Assembly (NCBI GenBank): GCA_963772995.1
Contig: CAVYZQ010000013.1
Coordinates: 78,866 to 142,865 of the forward strand
Direction: 5' to 3'
Origin: an uncultured Chloroflexia bacterium
Lineage (GTDB): Bacteria; Chloroflexota; Limnocylindria; Limnocylindrales; CSP1-4
DNA: 64,000 bases
Position numbers and translations under genes: made by a program. Positions within the stretch are counted from its first letter, which is position 1; every line of letters begins with the position of its first letter. A model generated the notes under the pieces. The model had not been told where the DNA came from and made no database searches. It saw only the letters and a program-made list of their open reading frames with translations. Below, in pieces: positions 38,771 through 47,356 of this stretch.

Positions 38771-40529
38771 TCACTGGCTGACGGTGACGTTCCGTGCGTC
38801 GATGAAGTAGACCGGATGGAGAGGATTGACGCCACCGACGCGAGTCGATGACATGACGACGGTCTCGTTGAGCACGACCGGGATCCATGGGGCGTCCGCC
38901 ATGATCTTCTTCTGGATGTCCTGGTACATCGACAGGCGAGTCGCATCATCCTGCTCGGCGAGCGCCTTCGCGGACTCCGCGTCGACCTCCTTGTTGCAGT
39001 ACCACGCGGAGTTCGAGCCACCCTTCACCGCGGTGGCGCACGACAGGATCGGGTCGATGAAGTCGGATGGGTCCGGGAAGTCCTGGAACCAGCCGACGTA
39101 CACCAGTGGCGCCTGGTGCGGGGTCTGGATCGTGCCGAGCAGGACGCTGAACTCCTGCTGGACGATGTCGACGGTGATTCCGATCTGGGCGAGGTCCTGC
39201 TGGACCGCTTCGGCCTGCGCTTTGACGGTGTCGTCGGTGTACGTGTAGAGCGTGGTCTTGAATCCGGCCTCGTAACCGGCTTCCTTCATCAGCGCCTTGG
39301 CCTTGTCGACATCATGCGGATATGGATCGCAGGACTTGTCGTAGCCGGGCATGGGCGGCGGCAGGATGCACGTCGCCGGGCCGCCGCGACCGTTCTGGAT
39401 CCGAACCAGGTTGGCCTTGTCCACCGCGTAGTTCATGGCCTGGCGAACCTTGACGTTGGCGAGTGCCTTGTCGGGTCCACTGGTGTCGATGGATACGTAG
39501 AAGGTTGCCACATCGGTCCGGCGCAGGACCCTGTCCTTGAAGTTCGGGTCGTTGACCGCCGCGGTGAAGGACCCGCCCGGGATCGGATCGCTCATCAGGT
39601 CGAGCTGGTTGGCCTCGGTCTGCTGGAGCTGCGTGTTGGCATCGAGCCCGATGCGGATCTCGACGCCGGCGTTGGCGGGTGCGCTGCCCCAGTAGTCCGC
39701 GTTCTGCTCGAACCGGGCGATCGAGCCCTGCTTGTACTCGACCAGGTGGTACGGCCCGGTCCCGATCGGTGCCTTGGCGAACTCCGTCGCATCCAGGGGC
39801 GATTCGGCCGGGATGACCGAGCCGAACATCATGGCCAGGATGTAGGGCAGGCGCTTGTCAGGCTTCGTGAGGGTGATCTCGACCGTCGCGGGATCGGTCG
39901 CCTTGATCCCCGAGGCGGTCTTGGCGGTGCCGCCGAGGACCGCAGCCGAACCATCGATGATGGAGAAGAACGCCGGACCCACCGGTGACGGGTTCGGCTT
40001 CAGGCCCTGGTCGAGGATCCGATTGAGCGACGCGACGACGTCGTTCGCGTTCATCTCCCGGAGCACGGACCCGTCGCCCTTGTAGAACTTCACGCCGGAC
40101 CGGAGGTGGAACGTGTAGGTCCGCCCGTCCGCGGAGACCGTGGGCATCTCCTTGCGCCAGCCCCGGCACGAGCTTGGTGGTGGTGGCGTCGTATTCGACG
40201 AGCTGGTCATAGAGCAGACGGGCGGCCATCCACGACACCGTGTCATAGGCCAGTGCCGGATCGAACCACTGGATGTCGCCCTGCGATCCGATGGACAGGA
40301 TCCCTCCCCCGGATGCGCTGCTCGGACTGGCCGCCACGCTGGCTTCGGCGGAGGCGGACGCCGCGGCCTGCGTGGCCGGCGGGCTCGTCGGCGTGGCAGC
40401 GGATGCGGATGCTGCTGCCGAGCTCGGTGGCGCAGCCGAGGGGCTGGCACTCGTGCATGACCCGACGACGATCGCGAGGCACGTGATGGCGACCACCCAC
40501 CACGGCCCACGGCGGACTGTGCCGTCCAT
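38771..40529 (-). CDS. Family 5 ABC substrate-binding lipoprotein (frameshift near 40155)
   Basis: Lipobox-like VVGSC, Ser/Ala/Pro linker, FDPALAYD, PIGTGPY, VRQAMNYAVD, WFQDFPDP. Confidence 0.9.
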
Positions 40530-40733
40530 CGCTGGACCCTCCTGCCGAACGGCGCCGTTGATGATGGATACGGCCACCGACGCCGATTCGCGCGAACCTA
40601 TCACGGCGTCATCCGGAGTGACCGCTTGCGCGCGGACGATCGCCGGGCGCCACCTGTTTTTGTGGTGCGCTCTGTCAACACCGGACGCATCTCGTGACGA
40701 AGCCGCGAAGATCTCCGCACCCCGCGGCGAACC

Positions 40734-41699
40734 TCAATTTCTCCAGGCGCGCGGGTCGAGGGCGTCGCGGAGCGCGTCGCCCAGGATGTTGAACGCCAGG
40801 ACCGTGAGCGTGATGGCCAGTCCGGGGAGCACGACGAGCCGTGGATCCGTCGCGAACCAGCTGATGTGGTCGGCGAGCATCGTCCCCCACGTGGGAGTCG
40901 GCGGCGGAACACCGGCGCCCAGGTACGACAAGGTCGCCTCGAACAGCACGGTGGCAGCGATCCCCAGCGAGGCGTAGACCACCAGGATCGGCAGGATGTG
41001 TGGCATCACGTGGTCGAGGAAGATCCTCAGGCCGCGACTGCCGAGCGCCCGTGACGCCTCCACGAAGTCGCTGTTCCGCAGGACGAGCGTCCGGCTGTAC
41101 ACGATCCGTGCCGTGGCAGTCCACAGCGTCGTGCCGATGATGATCGTGACGAGGCCGATGCTCGGACCCAGCACGTACGCCATCGTGATCGTCAGGAGCA
41201 GGACCGGGAACGAGAGCCACAGGTCCGTGGACCGCATGAGCAGGCTCTCGACCGGGACCCCGACCGACCGCCCGCCCGGCAGGCCGAGGCGCGCAGAACG
41301 CGACAGCGCCGCCGTTGCCCCGACGAGGAGCCCGAGCACGGTGGCGATCACGTTGGCCCCGATCCCGATGGCGAGCGATGTGCGCGCCCCGTAGACCAGT
41401 CGAGTCCAGTAGTCGCGGCCGAGGCGGTCCAGCCCCAGCGGATGTTGCGGGCTGGGCCCTGCCGGGTCGCCGGTCAGCGGCATCGCGTCCCGGAACTGCT
41501 GGATCGGGTCGTACGGGGTGAGGAGCGGCGCAAGGATGGCAGCGAGCACGATCGCCGCGGCGAGGACGCCACCGACCCAGAACATCGGGTTCCGGCTGAG
41601 GGTCTCCAGGGCTCGCCGGGCGCCACCGACGGGCCGTCGGCCGGCGTCGAGCACCGCCGTCCTCTCGGTCGCGGTGCCGGGCTCGACAAGCTGCGCCAT
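40734..41699 (-). CDS. Peptide ABC transporter permease (DppC-like)
   Basis: HPLGLDRLGRD...YGARTSL, FVEASRALG, EATLSYLG, PTWG, FNILGDALRDALDP. Confidence 0.9.
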   Translation of the reverse strand: MAQLVEPGTATERTAVLDAGRRPVGGARRALETLSRNPMFWVGGVLAAAIVLAAILAPLLTPYDPIQQFRDAMPLTGDPAGPSPQHPLGLDRLGRDYWTRLVYGARTSLAIGIGANVIATVLGLLVGATAALSRSARLGLPGGRSVGVPVESLLMRSTDLWLSFPVLLLTITMAYVLGPSIGLVTIIIGTTLWTATARIVYSRTLVLRNSDFVEASRALGSRGLRIFLDHVMPHILPILVVYASLGIAATVLFEATLSYLGAGVPPPTPTWGTMLADHISWFATDPRLVVLPGLAITLTVLAFNILGDALRDALDPRAWRN

Positions 41700-41754
41700 T
41701 GCACCGCAGCGTATCGGGCGGCGCAAGATGCTTATCGCACACGGCGGCAGGCGA

Positions 41755-41823
41755 CCTGTCCGAAACCCGACACCTCGCCAGTCCGGCACGAGCCACAGGT
41801 GACAAACAGCCGACATGTACGAT
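41755..41823 (+). promoter_or_regulatory. Putative activator site(s) plus -10 box (TACGAT) for the repeat-peptide gene
   Basis: CCTGTCCGAAACCCGACACCTCGCCAGTCCGGCACGAGC matches 43975-44013 at 29/39 positions; -10 box 63 bp downstream. Confidence 0.65.
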
Positions 41824-41852
41824 CGCGGTCCATATCAGCAGAAGGAGATCCG

Positions 41853-42227
41853 ATGGGCGAGCACAAGCCCGGCGAATACAACATGCCGGAAGAGTCGGAC
41901 ACCGAAGGGCAGCTGAAGCGGCGCGACGTCACCGACGAGGGTGGGTCGGGCGGCGGCGAGGATCTCAAGCGGCGCGACATCGTCGACGAGGAGTCGGACA
42001 CCGAAGGCCAGCTGAAGCGGCGCGACATGACCGGCGACGCCCCCTCGAGCGGCGAGGATCTGCGTCGGCGTGACGCGACCGACGACGAGGAATCGGACAC
42101 CGAGGGCCAGCTCAAGCGGCGCGACGTCACCGACGAGGGTGGGTCGAGCGGCGGCGAGGATCTCAGGCGACGCGACATCGTCGACGACGAATCGGACACC
42201 GAGGGCCAGCTGAAGCGGCGCGACTGA
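41853..42227 (+). CDS. 124-aa acidic tandem-repeat protein; putative multi-copy peptide precursor
   Basis: SD GAAGGAG; 4x ESDTEGQLKRRD alternating with 3x GEDL(K/R)RRD; synonymous variation between repeats. Confidence 0.85.
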   Translation: MGEHKPGEYNMPEESDTEGQLKRRDVTDEGGSGGGEDLKRRDIVDEESDTEGQLKRRDMTGDAPSSGEDLRRRDATDDEESDTEGQLKRRDVTDEGGSSGGEDLRRRDIVDDESDTEGQLKRRD

Positions 42228-42238
42228 CGTACACGCCC

Positions 42239-42274
42239 GCGGTGACGCCTCGTCCTCCTCTGGGGCGTCACCGC
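42239..42274 (+). terminator. GC-rich stem-loop after the precursor gene (no U tract; pause or stability element)
   Basis: GCGGTGACGCCTC...GGGGCGTCACCGC, a 13-bp stem. Confidence 0.55.
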
Positions 42275-42303
42275 CACCTCCGCGGTCGGCGGCCGAAGGC
42301 GTC

Positions 42304-43966
42304 GTGCTGACCGCGTATCGTCGCGTCTTCGGAAACCCGTGGCTCGCCCGCTTGATGGCGGGCGAGTTCATCTCGTCCATCGGCGACTGGCTGTACATGG
42401 TCGGCATGCTGATCGTGGTCTACGACCAGTCCGACGATCCGCTGGCGCTCGGGCTGGTCGGGGCGGCACGCATCGCGCCGTACGTCCTCTTCTCGGTGCC
42501 GGCGGGGATCGTCGCGGACCGGTTCGACCGGCGAACTATCCTCCTCACCACCGACATCATCCGCGGCGGCCTGCAGGTCGTCCTTGCGATCCTCGTGCTG
42601 AACGCCGCGCCGACCATCTGGATCGTCGCCGTGGCGATGGTCGCCACGAGCGTGGCGGTCTTCTTCGGACCAGCGATCGGGGCTTATCTCCCCTCGCTCG
42701 TGGACGACGAGGCCGATCTCGGACCGGCGAATAGCGTGTGGGCCACGCTCGACAACCTTGCCTACTTCATCGGGCCGGCCGTCGCCGGTCTACTGATCGC
42801 CGCCGGGGGCCTGGTCGCCTCGTTCATCCTGAATGCGGCCTCCTTCGCCGTCGTCGCGGTGATCCTGGCGACGCTCCCCGCCAAGCGCACGGCAGCCGGC
42901 CCGACCGAGCTCGACTCCCGGGGCGCTGGCGAACGGTCGGGCGCACAGGCGAACGGCCCGCGCTCTGCCGCGGGCGGCTGGGCGACGATCGTCGGCCGGA
43001 TGCCGGCCGTGATGCTCCTCGACGCCGCGACGAGCTTCGTCGGTGGCGGCCTCGGGGTGCTGACGGTCATCGTGGCCGTCAATTCGCTGGGTGTCGGAGA
43101 GGCCGGGACCGGCTACCTCAACGCCGCGATCGGGGTGGGCGGGATCGCGGCCGGGATCGTCGCGGGCTGGGTCGTGCTGCGACGGCTCGACGTCGGGATC
43201 GTCGTGGGCAGCCTCATCTGCGGCGCCGGCCTGATCGCACTGGGCCTCGCGGCGGATCTCCTCCTCGCCTCGGTGGCGATCGCCATCGCGGCCGGCGCAC
43301 AGCTCGTGCTCGACGTGATCAACGCGACGCTGCTCCAGCGAACGGTTCCCGACGGGGAGCGCGGACGAGCGATGGGCGTCCTCCAGATCTCGAGCGCCCT
43401 GACCGCGATCGTCGGCGCATTCGCGGCCCCGCTCCTCGCAGATGCCTACGGCGTCCCGGCGGCGCTGGCGACGATCGCGGTCATCGGGACGGTCGTCGGG
43501 GTGGCCTCGGGGGCATGGCTGCGCTCTGCGGCCCGGCATCCTGCCCACCGCATCCGAGCCGCGCGCCCTGGAGATCCTTCGGGGCAGCGTCTTCGGCGGC
43601 CTGCTTCCGGCCAGGCTCGAGGCGGTCGCGAGGGACCTCGTCCCGGTCGATGTCGCCCAGGGCGAGACGATCATCGAGGAGGGCGACGCCGCGGATCGCT
43701 TCTACTTCGTCGATCGCGGGACGTTCAGGGTCTCGCAACGAGCCGCCGATGGCGGAGTGACCGTCCTGCGGTCGTTGGGTCCGGGTGAGACATTCGGCGA
43801 GATCGGGCTGCTGACGTCGGTGCCGCGAACGGCGACCGTGACGGCCGAGTCGGAGGGACGTCTCTTCGCGCTCGACCGCGCCGGGTTCCTGGGACTCGTC
43901 GATGCCGGGCCGGGCCTGACCACCCAATTGCTCGAGCGATACCGGGCTCTGCCCGTGCGCGCCTAG
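42304..43966 (+). CDS. MFS transporter fused to a C-terminal cyclic-nucleotide-binding domain (frameshift near 43530)
   Basis: GIVADRFDRR motif A and about 12 hydrophobic segments, then IIEEGDAADRFYFVDRG...GETFGEIGLLTSVPRTATV. Confidence 0.85.
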
Positions 43967-43974
43967 ACACAGCG

Positions 43975-44043
43975 CCTGTCCGATACCGGACGCCCGGCGC
44001 GTCCGCCATGGGCTGTAGATTTCCGAGGAAAAGGGCCTAATCT
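43975..44043 (+). promoter_or_regulatory. Second copy of the putative activator site(s) plus -10 box (TAATCT)
   Basis: CCTGTCCGATACCGGACGCCCGGCGCGTCCGCCATGGGC; -10 box 63 bp downstream, as at 41755. Confidence 0.65.
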
Positions 44044-44088
44044 GCCGCATGGTCCCCAGCGCGAGGGATCGATGTGAGGAGAGGTCAC

Positions 44089-44283
44089 ATGAACGCACAG
44101 GACGTGCCCGACGAGCTGCTCGGTCCCGAGACCGAGATCGACGAGACCGCAGGCGACGCCGGCAGGGCGCCGGCGCACCGGAACGTCTCGCCTGCCCCGA
44201 CGGCTGACGACGACACGCAAGGACAGGGCGGCAAGGTCTTCGCCGTCGATCGATCCGACGCAGAGGACGCCGGGCGCCCGTAG
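44089..44283 (+). CDS. 64-aa acidic peptide with a DDDTQGQ motif
   Basis: SD GAGGAGAGG before the ATG; motif resembles ESDTEGQ of the 41853 protein. Confidence 0.7.
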   Translation: MNAQDVPDELLGPETEIDETAGDAGRAPAHRNVSPAPTADDDTQGQGGKVFAVDRSDAEDAGRP

Positions 44284-44401
44284 CCTGTCAGGCCAGCGAG
44301 CGTCACCGGCTGCGCGGCTGCCTCGACCAGCCAGTCACCGGGCCATACACTCCAGCCACGCATCCGGAATCACCGGATCGGCTGGTGAGGTCTCGAACTG
44401 C

Positions 44402-45127
44402 ATGCCCGACCGCGAGGCAGCCGCCCCGGCGTCCGCCCAGGACCGCGCGGTCATCGAGGCCATCTCGCGGTCGCGTCTGTTCCGCGGCGTCGCGATCGAG
44501 GACCTCGCCGTCATCGCCCCGATGCTCCGCGAGCGCCGGTACCGGTCGGGCGAGACGATCTTCCACGAGGGGGACCCGGGCGACGCGATGCACGTCATCG
44601 CCTCGGGTGGGGCGAAGATCTCCATCGCATCCCAGGAAGGCGACGAGGCGATCCTCGCAACCCTCGGCCCGGGAGAGGTATTCGGCGAGCTCGTCCTTCT
44701 CGACGGCGCGCCACGTTCCGCGACGGCGGTGGCGGTCGAGCCGACGGTGACCTATACCCTCCCCCAGACTGCGTTCGGCCCGCTCATCGCCGGGAATGAC
44801 GCGTTCCGGACGGCAGTCCTTCGCAACCTCGCGCTCGAGCTGCGTCGCCTCACCGCGCATGCCTCCGAGCTGCACTTCCTCGACCTCCCGGGCAGGCTGG
44901 CCAGCCGGCTGGCCCGGATGGCGGAGGACGTGGCACCCGGCCAGCCCCTGGAGGTGCACCTCGGCCGCGGCTACACCCAATCGGAGCTGGCGGCGATGAT
45001 CGGGGGCACACGCCAGAGCGTGAATCGGGTGATGTCGGAGCTCGTCTCGGAGGGACTCGTTAGGCTCGAGCCACACGACCTCGTCGTCGTCGACGTCCGT
45101 CGGATGGCCGAACGCGCTCGATGGTGA
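44402..45127 (+). CDS. Crp/Fnr family transcriptional regulator
   Basis: IFHEGDPGD, FGELVLLDGAPRSATA, HTH TQSELAAMIGGTRQSVNR. Confidence 0.93.
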   Translation: MPDREAAAPASAQDRAVIEAISRSRLFRGVAIEDLAVIAPMLRERRYRSGETIFHEGDPGDAMHVIASGGAKISIASQEGDEAILATLGPGEVFGELVLLDGAPRSATAVAVEPTVTYTLPQTAFGPLIAGNDAFRTAVLRNLALELRRLTAHASELHFLDLPGRLASRLARMAEDVAPGQPLEVHLGRGYTQSELAAMIGGTRQSVNRVMSELVSEGLVRLEPHDLVVVDVRRMAERARW

Positions 45128-45936
45128 AGGACGGCCGGCCGCGCGATCTTTCCGCGGACGCGGGCGCACTCCTGCGCCAGGTCGCCCTCCGGAGCGAGAC
45201 CGCGGTGCGCCTCGAGACCGAGGTCGAGATCACCCTCCTGCGCTCGATCGTCGATGCGACCGTCGGCATCTTCGCCGCCGAAGCCGCGTCGATCGCTCTG
45301 CTCGACGAAGCGACAGGCCAGTTGCGGTTCGTGGTGGCGGCGGGCGCCCAGGGCCAGCCGGTGGTCGGCCTCACGATCGGGGCGACGCAGGGTGTCGCGG
45401 GCTACGTGTTCTCGACGGGCGAGAGCATCGCGATGACCGATCCGGTGCAGGACCCGCGTTTCGGCCGCGAGGTGGCGGAGCAGACCGGTTACGTCCCGCG
45501 GTCCATCCTCGCCGTGCCGCTCGAAGACGGGTCGCGGACGATCGGGGTGCTCGAGGTCTTCGACAAGCGCGCCGGCCCGTTCACGATGCAGGACATCGAG
45601 ATCGCCTCGGTCTTCGCCAGGCAGGCCGCGACCGCGATCAAGGTGGCCGCGCGGACACGCCAGGTGCGCTCGATCCTGACCGACGCGCTGCGCGCCGAGG
45701 CCACCACCGAGGGCGACGCGGACGCCGATGCGGCGGTCGCCGAGGTCGTCTCGGTCGCGACCGTGCGGCAGTCCGGCGACGACCGCTTCTGGGCCTTCGT
45801 CGATGCGATCGCGGCGATGCGCCAGGTTTCGGCAGCCGACCGTGATCTCGCGATCGACCTGCTCTCGGTCATCGGCCGCCACCGCGCTCCTGCCACACGC
45901 GAAGCGGCGAGGGGGCTGGGCCGAGCCCGCCGGTGA
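45121..45936 (+). CDS. GAF-domain protein with no recognisable output domain
   Basis: ASIALLDE..LRFVVAAG, GVAGYVF, DPRF..EVAEQTGYVPRSILAVPL, GPFT..D. Confidence 0.85.
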   Translation: MVKDGRPRDLSADAGALLRQVALRSETAVRLETEVEITLLRSIVDATVGIFAAEAASIALLDEATGQLRFVVAAGAQGQPVVGLTIGATQGVAGYVFSTGESIAMTDPVQDPRFGREVAEQTGYVPRSILAVPLEDGSRTIGVLEVFDKRAGPFTMQDIEIASVFARQAATAIKVAARTRQVRSILTDALRAEATTEGDADADAAVAEVVSVATVRQSGDDRFWAFVDAIAAMRQVSAADRDLAIDLLSVIGRHRAPATREAARGLGRARR

Positions 45937-46795
45937 GCGAGGAATCGCTCCCGGCGTGGAGTGAGCCGTTCACCGCCGACCGCCGAGGGGATCTCAGCCG
46001 CCGCGGACCGTTCGCCGACACGGACATGCCCCTCGACTGGCGAGAGGCGGACGGCCGAGGGGTCACGGTGGCGATCATCAATTCGGGCGTCGACGGAGAC
46101 CACCCCGCGGTCGGCGGCCGGCTGGTTCGGAGCCTGCGGGTGGAGCTCTCGCCCGACGACGGCGAGGTCATCGACGACCCGGACGGCGGCGACGTCCTGG
46201 GTCACGGCACGGCCTGCGCGGGGATCATCCATTCGCTGGCACCCGCCGCCGAGATCGTCTCGATCCGCGTCCTCGGTCCCGACAACACGGGCAAGGGACG
46301 AGCCTTCGCCCATGCCCTCGACTGGGTCGTGGAACAGCGGATCCCCGTCGCCAACCTCAGCCTCTCGTCGCGCAGCGAGGCCCTCTACGGGACGTTCCAC
46401 GACCTCGTCGACCAGGCCTATTTCGCCAACTGCCTGCTGGTCTGCTCGGCGAGCAATACGCCGGGGCAGGAGAGCTATCCGTCGCTGTTCTCCTCGGTCG
46501 TGTCGGTCGCCGCGCACGACATCCCGGATCCGACGACGTACTTCTACAACCCGCGATCCGCCCGGTCGAGTTCGGCGCGTGGGGAGTGGCCGTGCCGGTC
46601 GCGTGGAGCCAGCGAGGTTCGATCGTGGCGACCGGCAACAGCTTCGCGGCGCCCCACATCTCGGGCCTTCTTGCGCGCCTCCGCTCGACCTACCCCGATG
46701 CGACCCCGTTCGAAGCGAAGACGATGCTGGCGTTCGGGGCATCCACGCCGATGCGCGATGGGCGACCGGGTCGGCCGGACATCAGCCGGCGGTGA
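45933..46795 (+). CDS. S8 (subtilisin-like) serine peptidase with no signal peptide (frameshift near 46560)
   Basis: VAII(N)SGVD, GHGTACAG, NLSL, TGNSFAAPHISG. Confidence 0.85.
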
Positions 46796-47291
46796 GCGTC
46801 CGGCCCTCGTATGCCTCCATCGCGCGATGTGCTCGGCTGACAGCGGGACCGGCCGCGCGGCCGCGTAGTCGTACCGGACGAGGACCGAATCGCTGACGGC
46901 GACGAGCCGGGGCTCCCCACCGGGCGCCGAAGCCGTCAGGCGATGCTCGAGGTGGAACGACGTCCGCCCGACCTTGGTCGCGCGCGTCTCGACGGTCACG
47001 GTCTCGCCGTAGAAGGCTGGGGCCCGGTAGGTGATGCGGGCTTCGGCAAGGATGAGGCTTTCGAGGCCGCGTGCTGCGATGGTCGATCGGCACGCCGGTC
47101 ACATCGGTCCAGTACTTGATGCGGGCGATCTCGCAGTAGGTCAGGTAGGTGGCGTTGTTGACGTGGCCCATGGCGTCGGTGTCCGCGAACCGGACCTCGA
47201 TGGTCACGCGGTGGTTGAACGGCCCCGTGAGGTCGCGCGGATCGACCGGCGTCGGCGTCGGCGTCGGGGTCGGGTCGGCGGGAGGCTGCAT
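46782..47291 (-). CDS. Acyl-CoA thioesterase (hot-dog fold; frameshifted)
   Basis: VRFADTDAMGHVNNATYLTYCEIAR, KVGRTSF. Confidence 0.85.
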   Translation of the reverse strand: MQPPADPTPTPTPTPVDPRDLTGPFNHRVTIEVRFADTDAMGHVNNATYLTYCEIARIKYWTDVTGVPIDHRSTRPRKPHPCRSPHHLPGPSLLRRDRDRRDARDQGRADVVPPRASPDGFGARWGAPARRRQRFGPRPVRLRGRAAGPAVSRAHRAMEAYEGRTLTAG

Positions 47292-47356
47292 CGCGACGAA
47301 TGGTACCCACGGGTCGGGGGCGGCGGAGGCGTGCGGCGCCGCGTGCGATCGCGAGG

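Noticed and set aside
41889-42224. CRISPR-like ~50-bp periodic repeats
   Set aside because: Periods are multiples of 3 with synonymous variation inside an ORF that has an SD; this is a coding repeat.
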